Shown one piece after another: positions 9,090 through 19,370 of a DNA stretch of 64,000 nucleotides. This stretch comes from an uncultured Trueperaceae bacterium (GTDB lineage: Bacteria > Deinococcota > Deinococci > Deinococcales > Trueperaceae): positions 23,955-87,954 of the forward strand of contig CAWCXJ010000002.1 in assembly GCA_963799485.1 (NCBI GenBank). Direction: 5' to 3'. The notes beneath the pieces are model-generated. The model did no database searches. It saw nothing but the letters and a program-made list of their open reading frames with translations, and had not been told where the DNA came from. The first letter of the stretch is position 1. Each line of letters opens with the position of its first letter. A program made the position numbers and the translations under genes.

Positions 9090-12000
9090 GTGATGAAATT
9101 GGCAAGCAACTCAGAAAATTCGGTCGGGTTTTTGGCTTTCGACCTAGGGGTGGATCAGAGCGAAATCAACGATCTTACCAAACAGCTCGAGGCTATCCGT
9201 AAGGGTGCTGAGGCGGCCCTTAACATCAAATCCAGCGCTGGGATTACGCAAACTCTAAAAGATGCGAACGCTGCCGCCGCACCTCTCAGCAAAACGCTTC
9301 AGGCTTTAGCCAAAGACGGCAAGCTCGCAGGCGACGCTCTTAACGCCACAGGAAAAAGCGCAGGAGCAAGTGCTACCGGGGTTGCAAGGGTCAAAAAAGA
9401 AATTGACCCGCTGCAAAAATCTATTCTGTCACTGCGGAACGAAACTCAAGCCTACAGGAACACTGTTGAAAGTGCGGACGTTTCAAATCGTGACGCGGTT
9501 GCTAATTTCGTTAGGTTGAAAGACGCGTCGCTACAGCTTGCGTCTGGGCTCGAAAAAGATACGAAAGGATACAGAGATTTAACGGGCGTCGCGGCTAGTG
9601 CATCCCGATCAATAAAGACGCTAACCGGGGAAACCACACGCTTAGGCTTTTCTGGGAACACAACGGTCGGCGTTCTCGGTTCCATGCGTAAGGGCTTTGG
9701 GGGGCTTGGGGCGGTAATTACCCCATTAGTTGGGGTCGGCGGTCTTGCCGGGCTCGTTAAGGTCACGGGCGATTTTGTAGGCGAGGCACAACGCGCTAAC
9801 AGCGCCGCCGTACTTTTTGACAAGTCTATAGATCGCTTTGGCCTTAACGCAGGGGAGGCGAATGATCTTGTAGGCAAGCTGTCCGAACAGTTCGGCATTC
9901 TGCCGTCAAATGTCCAGAGCGCTGCTACGGTCATGCTCCGCGCCGGGGCAAGTCTCGAGGACGTAGACAAAGCGCTTACTGCTGCCGGAGCCAGCGCCGC
10001 CGCTTCAGGTTTTGATATTGGCAAGGCATTTGAAAATGTAGGTCAGGCCGTTGCTACCGGACGTTCGGAGTTGCTCGAGTCCAGCGGCATTATTACGAAT
10101 GCCTCAACTGCTTATGAGGCTTATGCCAAAACCGTAGGCTCATCAGTTGACGAACTGACGCAAGCACAAAAAGTGCAGGCGCTGAGTAACGCGATCTTTG
10201 AAGAATCACGCTATGAAATTGAAGATTTAGACAGCGTTCTAACCGACCAAGTTAAATCACAACAAGCTTTCCGCACCGCTCTGGCAGAGTCTCGGCAGGA
10301 ACTAGGCGAAAAATTTGCGCCTGTCTTGACAAAGGGTACAGAGGCGGTAACAGCTCTTGTCGGCGGGTTCGGCGAATTGCCCGGTACAGCACAAGCAAGC
10401 GCCGCAGGGCTTGGTGTCATGGCAACAAGCGCCGTAGGGCTTTCAGGTTCTTTTGGCCTACTCCGCACTGCTTCAGCAGCGTTATTCAGTGCGCCCACAG
10501 GCCTCATTCTCTTGGGTGTGGGCGCAGCAGCGGGGCTCGGCACGGCGCTCTACCAGGTCATTACCAGCGCAGAAGATTTAGGCGTGGCGGTTCAAACGTT
10601 GGGGGGCGAACTCGAGGCTAATGCCAAAGGGTTTGCTACCGTTCAAACCGCTGTCGGTGAATTAACCAAAGTTACCGATAAAAACGGGTTTATGGGCGTT
10701 GTCGAAACGCTCGCTACAACCTTAGACGAAAAGGGCGCAGCGTCGCTCAAGCGTTTTGCTACTGCTACGGCGCTGCCTTTAATCGCCCAGGGTGATTTAC
10801 AGGGCGCAATAAGCGAGACGATTGCCAAACTAGGCGAACTAGAGCAGGCGACTTTGCAAACTCAGCTTGCCGAGTCACAACGTCAATACAACGAAATCTT
10901 TAACCGGGCTACGTCGCTAAAGCGGATTGTAGACGATCTGGAAGTCCGGGCGTCGGGCGCTAACGCTGCTTTCGGTGAAGCGTCGCTACCCTTTACGGCG
11001 GCTGACGCGGCCTCGCTTAAAAACTACCAGACTCAGCTAGGCGAAACTTATGGATTACTGAGTCAGGCGCAGATCGGCCTAAACGAAACCCGTACCCAGA
11101 TGGACGCCGTAAATGAAGCGCAGCGGATCTTAAATGACAGCACGCTCACCGCTGAGGAACGTTTGCAAGGCTTTGCCGACGCTTTAGGTTTAGCCGCAGA
11201 TTTTGGTCTAGAAGCTAACACTGCCCTCACTGGCGCAGGCGCTGCCGGGGACAACGCAGCCGGGGGCGTCGGCGCGGTAGGTGACGCCGCAGGGAAAACC
11301 GCCTCACAGTTTGACGCCGCGCTCACCGCTTCAAGCGACTGGATTACCCGCCTGACCCGCGAGGTTGACCAAAACCTCAAACCCGCAAGCGACGTTATTG
11401 ATACGTTCAAGACCCGTATCAACGAACTCCAAGCCGAGCAGACACGGCTCGCTAATGCCGGACTTATCAACGGTGCTCAGTACGACCTGGCCCAAGAGAA
11501 AATCAAGCTGCTCGTTGCCGCCGTCGAGGACTTGACCGGCGCTAAGCTCGTCTTGCCGGACATTTCAGCAACCGTTCTGGACCCACTTGACGAGGTACGC
11601 AACGCCATCCTCGGCACACAACAAGAACTAGCCCTAAGCCAAGATGCTGGCGAGGCGTGGGGTGAGGCCTATACCCGCGTGTTTGGCGCAACCGGTAGAG
11701 CCGCCACCGAAGCCGACACCCTCGAGAAAAGCTTTTTTATCAACCGTACCAAACGGCAAAATGAAGACATCATCGCGCAAGAAAACTTAGCGTCGGCAGT
11801 TGAATACTATGGCCGCACAGTAGAAAGCAGCTCGAGTTTTTTAGAAGCGCAGATCGAGCAAAACCAGCGCCATATCAACGTCCTACGTGACACCATCGTT
11901 GCTCAAGACGACTGGAACGAACGGCTAGCAATCTCTAACAAGGACTTGCCGAAAACGACGCGGGCGACCGACGACTTTTCGACCGCTCTAGCCGGGTTAA

Positions 12001-15000
12001 ACGACAACGCCCAGGGTGTAACCAGCGCGTTTGACGATATAGACGACATTACGGGCGGCCTAGAGGACGCTGCCGATCTAGCCAAAGCGCTAGGTAAAAA
12101 GTTTGACGGCACAGGCACCGAGGCTAAGCTGCTCGAGGCCAAAATCACGTCTCTACTTGAGCGTGGCTTCGACCCTAGCAGCGAGAGCGTTGCAGGGCTA
12201 ACCGAGCGCCTTGTCGAGCTGCGTAAAGAGCAAAAAGAGGCCGAAAAAGCCAACAAAACGTATGCCGAGAACCTCAAAGTCACACGTGACGCCCAAGAGC
12301 AGCTAGCCGACGCCTCGAGTATCGCCACCGACGATATCGACGAGCTGATTCGGTCGTTAGACCGCGCTGCTGAGGGTGCCGGTTTACTCGGCCAACAGGC
12401 GCGACAGGCGCAGACTGATTTAGCCGCTTTGCAAGTTGCCCGTGACGTTGCTTTTGGCTTTGATTTACTAGGCCAAGCTGCTACGGGTGCACTTGAAGCG
12501 TTTCCCGAAATGGCGACAGAAGGCAAAGTCGCGCTAGGGGCACTTGAGGGTGCGGCGGGCTCGGCAACCGCCGCCTTACAAGACGGCCAAATCAGCATGG
12601 CCGACGGGTTTGGGATTGTCAGTAGCGCGATCGACGGCGTATTGTCGCAGCTCGGCGACGATGTACCGGCTGAAGTGAAGATAGCCGGTAGCGCTATCTC
12701 AAGCGTGTTTAGCGGCGCTGCCGCCGGGGCCGCGTTTGGGCCTTGGGGCGCGGTAGCAGGCGGGGTTATCGGCGGCATCTCAGGGCTGTTCGGCGGTATC
12801 ACTGAGGAGCAGAGACGGCAAGCCGAGGCACAAAGAGCGTTTAACGACGAGCTGCAAAATACCTATGAAATCACTGTTGATATTGCCGACCAGAACAAAG
12901 AAGGGCAGACACAAAGCAGTAACGCGCTGCTCGACTCCAAGCTCGATTACGCTCAATCGTCAGGCAATTATGAAGGCAAACGCGGTAAGGGTGCTTTAGG
13001 TCTCGCGCAACTTAAAATCGACTTGATTACCGAGTACGAAGACTTTCAAGCCACCATCGATGCCATGCAAGATCGTTACACGGCGATTGATACCCAGGTC
13101 AGAGCGATTAACCAGCAGCTCGAGACGGGTATCTCGGAAAGCGGCGCACGCCTTACCGAGGCCCAGAAAGCCGACCTGCAGGCCCAACGTACCGCCCTTC
13201 TTACCGAGCAGGGCAACCTGCAAACCGAGTACGACAACTACTTTGAGGCGTTCGGTTACAAAGTCGGCGCGCTCTTGGAGCAAACCGACCAGATCGCTAA
13301 GGATTTAGGAATCAGCCAACAAGAACTCTACACTGCACTGCTAACTGGTAACGACGAAATCTTGGGGCAGCTTACCGGCGAACAGCAAGAGGCTTTGCGG
13401 ATTAGTTTGGTGTCTTACTATCAAGCCTTTGGGGTATTGCCCGAAGGTGCCGCTGAGGCCGCTGAAGCTCTGGGCCTCAGTACCACGACGTTGCTTGCTG
13501 AACTCGAAGCGTCCGACCAGACGCTAGGCACAGCAGCGGCTAACGGGGCGACAGCGACCCGCGAGGGTGTTGACGCTCTAAATCAGCAGCTTATTGATTT
13601 CTTCGGGCCGGAGAAGTCCGCGCAAATCCGCGCTATGATTTTGGCGCTGTACGACGAACAGGCAACTGCGTTAGGTGAGGGCGACCAGACGCTTGCGGCC
13701 ACCGCGCAGGGCGTGAACGCCGCACCCGCAGCTTTAACCGGGATTTTAGACCAGATCAGCGCGATCTTCGGCGACAAAGCCGGGCCAATTATTGACCTTA
13801 TCAACCAGACTTACGCCGATATGAGCGGGGCGGTTGATACTAGCACCACGACTCTTTCTACACAGGCTACTACCAGCGGCACCACCCTTTCAGGCGACCT
13901 CAGCAGCATCTTTAACAGCGCCAAGGACGCCATTACCAACACCGCACCGGGCGCGTTTTCAAGCCTTACCGACGCCCTCAGTGGGATACGCGGCGGGCTG
14001 GGCGACGAAGGCGACCTCTTAGGGCAAAGTCTCTTCGCGCAGGAACAAGCGTTAGCCGAGCGGCAAAAGCAGCTTTTCCGAGAACAAGAGATTATGGCGG
14101 GCAGATACGGCCCCGACGCTAAAAAAGCGCTTGAAGACCAGATACAAGCCGAACGCGAGGCGCTAAAAATTGCCCTTTACTCCGCCAATGGTGGCGGCTT
14201 GATCGGCTACTTGAGCCTTAGTGAAACCAATGCCGCAAACGCCCTCGGTTCGTTTTTTAACAAACAAGGCACGACCCTTACCACACAGGGTAGCCAGACC
14301 GTCGGCAAAATCAACAATGTGACCGGCGATATTCGTACCGCGATGAACAAGCTTGTCGCGGCCTCGACCGTCGGCAAACCTGGCAGCGGCCTGTTCAGTT
14401 TCAAAAACCCAGGTAGCGGGGGAGGCGGCAGTAGACCCGGTGCAGCGGGATTCTTCGCACCCCTAAACGCCACTATCGACGAACATGCGCTAGGCGGCAT
14501 GTCTTCGGAGTTCGGCAACTTCGACACCTACGGGCTGATGCAAGAGATTGAAGCGCGGCCTTTCGGGTACGGCACGTCGTTTGCCCAGGTTGAGCCCGAC
14601 ACCTCTTACCGGAGCGGGAACGTCAGCTCTGCCGGGGCGCTAGGTGGCCTCCTTTTAAGCGTCCAGCGCGGCGTAGAGGGCTACAAGACGGGCGTGGTAG
14701 GCAGCATCAACAGCGCCATCAAAACGCAGCAAAAAGCCTTTAGTGCCCTCTCAAACAGCTTTGAGCAGGGCGTACAGACCGACACTGAGCGCACCTTAAA
14801 GGCGCTCACCGAGGCCGACCGTAAGCAACGCGCTTTCATTAAAAAGTACGGCGAGCGCAAATCCAGAGCGCCGAAAGAAGAGAAAGAAGCCTACGCCGCG
14901 AACAAGGCGGCGTTACTCGAGTTTGAACGCGACACCTTCGATATCATCTCAGGCCGCGCCCTGACCGGGTACGCCATTATCGGGCGGAGTGACGGCAACC

Positions 15001-15689
15001 TTACCGGGATACTCGGGCAGCTCTTGGGCTCAAAAGTCAAGCTCAAACAAGGGCTGACAGAATATCAGCAAGAAATCCTCGACTTTGCCAAGACGACCGG
15101 ACTCGCCCTCGAGCAGAGTGTTTCGGGCGGCATCTCGCAAGGACTCAAGACGGCGATCAAGTCGGGTGCGGCGCTTGACTTTCAAGCGACCCTCGAGGGG
15201 CTTTTCGACACGACCTTCGACGGACTTTTCGACCAGCTCAGCAAACAGGTCTTAGCGCAGTCGCTGGGGCCGCTCTTAACCGACCTCACCGCCGACATCA
15301 CCAAAGGCGACGTAAACGGAGCCGCCCAAGGTGTGCAGCAGATCGCCGACAAACTGCCCGGCATCTTCGGCAAACTCGAGCAGATTCTTGCGCCCTTACG
15401 CGGGGCGGCTGACCGGCTCGGTTTTAGTACGCCCGCGAACGAACCGACGTTTGAAAACTTAGGCCAGAGTATCAAGCTCGAGGCCCGTAGTCTCGGCTCC
15501 GCGACCCCGGACTGGTTTACCAGGATGGGGGCTTACTTCGATACCTTCGGGCGCGGTGCTGAACTCATCAGCCGCGCTGCCGATATGCAGTGGCGCGCCG
15601 CAAACAAGATAGACGCCGCCGCCGACAAGCTCTTAAAGGGGACAAATGCTTATGAGTCTCGCAACCCGCAGAAACTTACGAAAATCTAA
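9090..15689 (+). CDS. Tail tape measure protein (2199 aa)
   Basis: Very long Ala/Gly-rich helical ORF after chaperone; GAAAGAAFGPWGAVAGGVIGG segment. Confidence 0.9.
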   Translation: MMKLASNSENSVGFLAFDLGVDQSEINDLTKQLEAIRKGAEAALNIKSSAGITQTLKDANAAAAPLSKTLQALAKDGKLAGDALNATGKSAGASATGVARVKKEIDPLQKSILSLRNETQAYRNTVESADVSNRDAVANFVRLKDASLQLASGLEKDTKGYRDLTGVAASASRSIKTLTGETTRLGFSGNTTVGVLGSMRKGFGGLGAVITPLVGVGGLAGLVKVTGDFVGEAQRANSAAVLFDKSIDRFGLNAGEANDLVGKLSEQFGILPSNVQSAATVMLRAGASLEDVDKALTAAGASAAASGFDIGKAFENVGQAVATGRSELLESSGIITNASTAYEAYAKTVGSSVDELTQAQKVQALSNAIFEESRYEIEDLDSVLTDQVKSQQAFRTALAESRQELGEKFAPVLTKGTEAVTALVGGFGELPGTAQASAAGLGVMATSAVGLSGSFGLLRTASAALFSAPTGLILLGVGAAAGLGTALYQVITSAEDLGVAVQTLGGELEANAKGFATVQTAVGELTKVTDKNGFMGVVETLATTLDEKGAASLKRFATATALPLIAQGDLQGAISETIAKLGELEQATLQTQLAESQRQYNEIFNRATSLKRIVDDLEVRASGANAAFGEASLPFTAADAASLKNYQTQLGETYGLLSQAQIGLNETRTQMDAVNEAQRILNDSTLTAEERLQGFADALGLAADFGLEANTALTGAGAAGDNAAGGVGAVGDAAGKTASQFDAALTASSDWITRLTREVDQNLKPASDVIDTFKTRINELQAEQTRLANAGLINGAQYDLAQEKIKLLVAAVEDLTGAKLVLPDISATVLDPLDEVRNAILGTQQELALSQDAGEAWGEAYTRVFGATGRAATEADTLEKSFFINRTKRQNEDIIAQENLASAVEYYGRTVESSSSFLEAQIEQNQRHINVLRDTIVAQDDWNERLAISNKDLPKTTRATDDFSTALAGLNDNAQGVTSAFDDIDDITGGLEDAADLAKALGKKFDGTGTEAKLLEAKITSLLERGFDPSSESVAGLTERLVELRKEQKEAEKANKTYAENLKVTRDAQEQLADASSIATDDIDELIRSLDRAAEGAGLLGQQARQAQTDLAALQVARDVAFGFDLLGQAATGALEAFPEMATEGKVALGALEGAAGSATAALQDGQISMADGFGIVSSAIDGVLSQLGDDVPAEVKIAGSAISSVFSGAAAGAAFGPWGAVAGGVIGGISGLFGGITEEQRRQAEAQRAFNDELQNTYEITVDIADQNKEGQTQSSNALLDSKLDYAQSSGNYEGKRGKGALGLAQLKIDLITEYEDFQATIDAMQDRYTAIDTQVRAINQQLETGISESGARLTEAQKADLQAQRTALLTEQGNLQTEYDNYFEAFGYKVGALLEQTDQIAKDLGISQQELYTALLTGNDEILGQLTGEQQEALRISLVSYYQAFGVLPEGAAEAAEALGLSTTTLLAELEASDQTLGTAAANGATATREGVDALNQQLIDFFGPEKSAQIRAMILALYDEQATALGEGDQTLAATAQGVNAAPAALTGILDQISAIFGDKAGPIIDLINQTYADMSGAVDTSTTTLSTQATTSGTTLSGDLSSIFNSAKDAITNTAPGAFSSLTDALSGIRGGLGDEGDLLGQSLFAQEQALAERQKQLFREQEIMAGRYGPDAKKALEDQIQAEREALKIALYSANGGGLIGYLSLSETNAANALGSFFNKQGTTLTTQGSQTVGKINNVTGDIRTAMNKLVAASTVGKPGSGLFSFKNPGSGGGGSRPGAAGFFAPLNATIDEHALGGMSSEFGNFDTYGLMQEIEARPFGYGTSFAQVEPDTSYRSGNVSSAGALGGLLLSVQRGVEGYKTGVVGSINSAIKTQQKAFSALSNSFEQGVQTDTERTLKALTEADRKQRAFIKKYGERKSRAPKEEKEAYAANKAALLEFERDTFDIISGRALTGYAIIGRSDGNLTGILGQLLGSKVKLKQGLTEYQQEILDFAKTTGLALEQSVSGGISQGLKTAIKSGAALDFQATLEGLFDTTFDGLFDQLSKQVLAQSLGPLLTDLTADITKGDVNGAAQGVQQIADKLPGIFGKLEQILAPLRGAADRLGFSTPANEPTFENLGQSIKLEARSLGSATPDWFTRMGAYFDTFGRGAELISRAADMQWRAANKIDAAADKLLKGTNAYESRNPQKLTKI

Positions 15690-17366
15690 ATGACCCAACT
15701 TGCTGCACTTAACCGCGCCGTCTTGCCACAACCGCCGTCACAGGGCATTCAGGACTTTCACCTGATCGTGCTAAATCAGTCGGGGACGCAAGTCCTCAAC
15801 CAGTTTTCAGCTTTCAAGTACAACGGCCTTGACCGTGAAGTAGCGTGCGCGGTTGCGCCCGGTGGCGCGGTCAAGACGTTGACTTTTACCGGCCTACCTG
15901 AACTCGTGGCGTGTACCGGGGGCGAAATTATCGTGTTCCGCCTCAACGACGGCGACGGCTGGAAAGACGTGTTTTACGGCGCGATTACCGAGGGCTGGGC
16001 GGCAAAACCGTCACGGCAGCCCCGGCAGTACCTTGCCGACGCCGAATACCTCTTAGACGGCACTGTGACCGACGCCGTAAGCTATCCCGCACAAGACCCG
16101 GCTCTTATCGCCCAAGACCTCGTGCGCCGGTTGCGGCATCCGGCGCTGAACTTTAACGAAATCGACTTCCCGCAGACGGCGACCACGCTCGAGGGCGGCT
16201 TTGAACAGCCGGGCATCCCTTTGGGTGAGGCGCTTAAACTACTCGCGCAGAGTGTTGCCGACTCGGGGCGCACCATCACGACCGGCGTTGACGGGCGCGG
16301 GTTCGTGTTCTTTCGGGAGCTTTCGGGCACACTTGACGTACCGTACTACCCGGAAGACTATACCGACCTGCCGACAAATGCAGCGGATACGGTGACGGCG
16401 GTGTTGTGGGTGATTGGGAATGAGCCGAGCGTACCGGGATGGAGTGGGCCTTACAGCCCTAGCACGTTGACACATCTGAGCGTGCCTGACCCCGGCTTGC
16501 ACCAGCGCTATGGGCGGACTATTGCCTCATTACCGCCTACTGATAATTTGTGGATTGCCAAGCCCGGTGCTGCTGAAAGTGTGTTTTCTTCTAGTTTTCT
16601 AAACTCTCAAAACGTCAACGACGGCAACCCCTCCACCTTTGCACAACGAAATCCGGCAAACACAACGAGCAATGGTTACATAGGCGTGAGTCATTCGGGC
16701 ATGATAGCCGGTGAGCCAACTTATGGGGTTCGAGTAAGGTATAGGCGCGGCTATGACGCGACCGGGCTGTCGAGACTACAAATCGGTTTTCAAATCGAGA
16801 CGGTAAACGAGCCTATCTATGTCACTTCGGGCTACCTTAACGTGCCTCTTGGCTACACTGGAGACGCGGCGCAAAGTATCGACGTTTTGTTTCCATTATC
16901 AAAGCCGGTCTATGTGGACAACATTCTCGGGGAGCCTGTAGGGTTTTATCAAGCCTCGGGCGTAAGCAGTGTCATGCAAGCAACCGTGTACGCCGACAAT
17001 ATAGGCACGTATGAAGTCTACGAGCTTTCCTTTTTGACGCTCAACACCTCTCTCTTGGACGCCGCCGCTATCGCCGAACTCCGCACCCCCGCGCAAGAAC
17101 CCGCGCAGCTCGTGTTACGCCGCGCCCAAGACCGTAACCGGGTCGGTTACTACGCCCCGGCGTTGCCGAAAGTCAAGCTCGAGACCGGCCTCTCCGACGC
17201 CGCCGAGTACCGCTACGCGTTTGACCGCTCCAACGGCGTCAGCACCGTGGTGGATTTAGGCTCACCCTCACGTGAAGGGGACGCGGCGCTGGCTGAGCGC
17301 ATCCGGCTTGCGATTGACACCCGGACACGCCAAAGCGAGGTAAGAACTACGATTGGCAGGCTTTAG
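15690..17366 (+). CDS. Tail tip/baseplate hub-like protein
   Basis: Follows tape measure; TGVDGRGFVFFR hub-like motif. Confidence 0.55.
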   Translation: MTQLAALNRAVLPQPPSQGIQDFHLIVLNQSGTQVLNQFSAFKYNGLDREVACAVAPGGAVKTLTFTGLPELVACTGGEIIVFRLNDGDGWKDVFYGAITEGWAAKPSRQPRQYLADAEYLLDGTVTDAVSYPAQDPALIAQDLVRRLRHPALNFNEIDFPQTATTLEGGFEQPGIPLGEALKLLAQSVADSGRTITTGVDGRGFVFFRELSGTLDVPYYPEDYTDLPTNAADTVTAVLWVIGNEPSVPGWSGPYSPSTLTHLSVPDPGLHQRYGRTIASLPPTDNLWIAKPGAAESVFSSSFLNSQNVNDGNPSTFAQRNPANTTSNGYIGVSHSGMIAGEPTYGVRVRYRRGYDATGLSRLQIGFQIETVNEPIYVTSGYLNVPLGYTGDAAQSIDVLFPLSKPVYVDNILGEPVGFYQASGVSSVMQATVYADNIGTYEVYELSFLTLNTSLLDAAAIAELRTPAQEPAQLVLRRAQDRNRVGYYAPALPKVKLETGLSDAAEYRYAFDRSNGVSTVVDLGSPSREGDAALAERIRLAIDTRTRQSEVRTTIGRL

Positions 17367-17368
17367 GA

Positions 17369-19357
17369 ATGGCTAACCTCAGCAAATTACGCGTTTACAA
17401 ACCGCCCGATATCGAAGACCACGCCATCGTGACCGCCTCTGGGACGGTCTACAACGTGGCGATGGACGAACCCGAGTACACCGTGGGGAGCCTTGAAACC
17501 GCCATGATAGGGTTTGGCCCCGGTACGTGGCTCCCGGCGTCGTCCCTTTCCGACCCCGAACCCGCTAGTAAAGACTTTAATCTGGTCGTTGACGACCGGG
17601 TAGGGCGCAACGTCAAGCGGCGTGTGGAGGGGATAGAGGACGCGCTGCTCTACGCCGCTGAAGTGTGGCGACCCGACGGGCTGATGCTGCCGGTCACACG
17701 TGGCGCGGTGCGGAGCGCGACCCGCAACACTTTAGAAGCGACCGTCTACCCGACCGGCCCGCACTGGCAGCACCCCCTACTCGACCGGGTGACGGGCAAG
17801 GTGCCGTATGCGCTCGAGTCGAGCGCCGCCGCACCCATCGTCAACACGGTTGACAGTAGCGCCCTGCACGCGTTCCTGACCCCGGCCCGGATGCCCGAAG
17901 GCTCGCTTTGCGTCGGCGTGTTTTGCAACGAACCGGCGCTCTACAGCGTCGCCTCGGTAGGCGCGACGATTAGCGCGCAGGGACAGGCGAACGCGGCCTC
18001 TGCCGGGATTTTCTACAGCCTCGGGACGTTCTACGCGCACGCGTTTGGACAGCAGACCTCACTACTCGGGACAACACAGGTGTTGCGGCTGTTCGCGCTC
18101 ACGTGGCAAGAGGAACGGCAAGCGCGGTTTTACAGCTACACCGCCGACGGGCTTATCGAACACGGGTCGTTTCCGGTTGGCAGCGTCCCGGCTTTTAGCG
18201 AACGCGAGCTGAGCCTCGGCTATATCAGCGGGGTCGGCGGGATAGAGGGCGCGTTTATGCCCGGCGCGCCGCGTCTGGGTAAAACAGGCGTACCGTTCCT
18301 GACGCAGCGGGTACTGACGTGGCCTGAGCTTAATGACGGCTTAGGCGCGTGGTATCGGCACCTCACCGGCTTTAGCCAATTCACCCCAACGCCGGTTGCA
18401 GCGGGCCTCGAGCTACTCAAACCCGCAGCCGCACAAATCGTTATCGGCGTGCCCAAGGAAATCCTCGTCACCGTCTTACGCACCGGCGGGCTCACTGAAG
18501 CCATCAAACTCACGGCGACGCCGGATAATATCTCGCTACGCGCCGCAAGCCTCGTGGAAGTGGTAGACAGCGACTTCACGACCGACATTTTCAAACTGAC
18601 GCTGCTCGCCGAGGAAGGACTGACGCTAGGCGACCACAGCGTATCGCTGACAGCGACCACGGTTTCAGGACTCCGCAGCACTGCCGTGCTAGACCTCCGC
18701 ACCTTTAACGAGCTGCCCGCCCTGCCGCCGAACACCACGCACGAATGGCGGCTATACGACCCGGTCAACAAATCATTGGCGACGATGCGACAAAACACCG
18801 GGACAGCCGGGGCAGCGGGCGATTTAGTCCTGAACGGTCTTGCCCGTTTTTCAAACGGTTGGGACGCGGTCGTGGGTGATGGTAGCGATATCGCGCCCTA
18901 CGGCCCAGCTATCGTCACGGTAGACAACGCTTTCGATATGGCGACCGACTACACCGTGTCGTGGGCATTTTGGGACGTGGACAAGTTGCCGCTGCTGAGT
19001 ATCCTCTTTAGTGGCTCGAGCATGACGAACAAATGGGACTTCTGGCAAATCTACATTGCAAGTACCGGCCTTCGCTTACGTGTCAGCAAGGGTACGACTT
19101 CGCAGACGGTAAACGCTACCGACGCCGCGCTGAGTATTCAGGCGGGCGTTATGCACCTGTCGGTAAAGTGTGACGCCGACGGTAACTTCACGCTTGAAAA
19201 TCCAACACTCGACCAGACGGCAGTGTTCAGAAACCCCGGCCTGTCCGGTAGTGGACGCCTGACGCTGTTTGGCACGAAACTCTCAGACGGCACGGTGCAA
19301 GGACTCTCGGCAGGTACGGCGCTCGTGGGGAGCATACAGACAGGCATCGTGACGTGA
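17369..19357 (+). CDS. Multidomain minor tail protein (Ig-like/LamG-like domains likely)
   Basis: Beta-rich; position in tail-tip cluster. Confidence 0.5.
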   Translation: MANLSKLRVYKPPDIEDHAIVTASGTVYNVAMDEPEYTVGSLETAMIGFGPGTWLPASSLSDPEPASKDFNLVVDDRVGRNVKRRVEGIEDALLYAAEVWRPDGLMLPVTRGAVRSATRNTLEATVYPTGPHWQHPLLDRVTGKVPYALESSAAAPIVNTVDSSALHAFLTPARMPEGSLCVGVFCNEPALYSVASVGATISAQGQANAASAGIFYSLGTFYAHAFGQQTSLLGTTQVLRLFALTWQEERQARFYSYTADGLIEHGSFPVGSVPAFSERELSLGYISGVGGIEGAFMPGAPRLGKTGVPFLTQRVLTWPELNDGLGAWYRHLTGFSQFTPTPVAAGLELLKPAAAQIVIGVPKEILVTVLRTGGLTEAIKLTATPDNISLRAASLVEVVDSDFTTDIFKLTLLAEEGLTLGDHSVSLTATTVSGLRSTAVLDLRTFNELPALPPNTTHEWRLYDPVNKSLATMRQNTGTAGAAGDLVLNGLARFSNGWDAVVGDGSDIAPYGPAIVTVDNAFDMATDYTVSWAFWDVDKLPLLSILFSGSSMTNKWDFWQIYIASTGLRLRVSKGTTSQTVNATDAALSIQAGVMHLSVKCDADGNFTLENPTLDQTAVFRNPGLSGSGRLTLFGTKLSDGTVQGLSAGTALVGSIQTGIVT

Positions 19358-19370
19358 TAGGGGGCAAGAT

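Noticed and set aside
9452..15475. Long minus-strand ORFs within the tape measure gene, and similar shadow ORFs elsewhere
   Set aside because: Antisense shadows of GC-rich coding sequence with no motifs or RBS.
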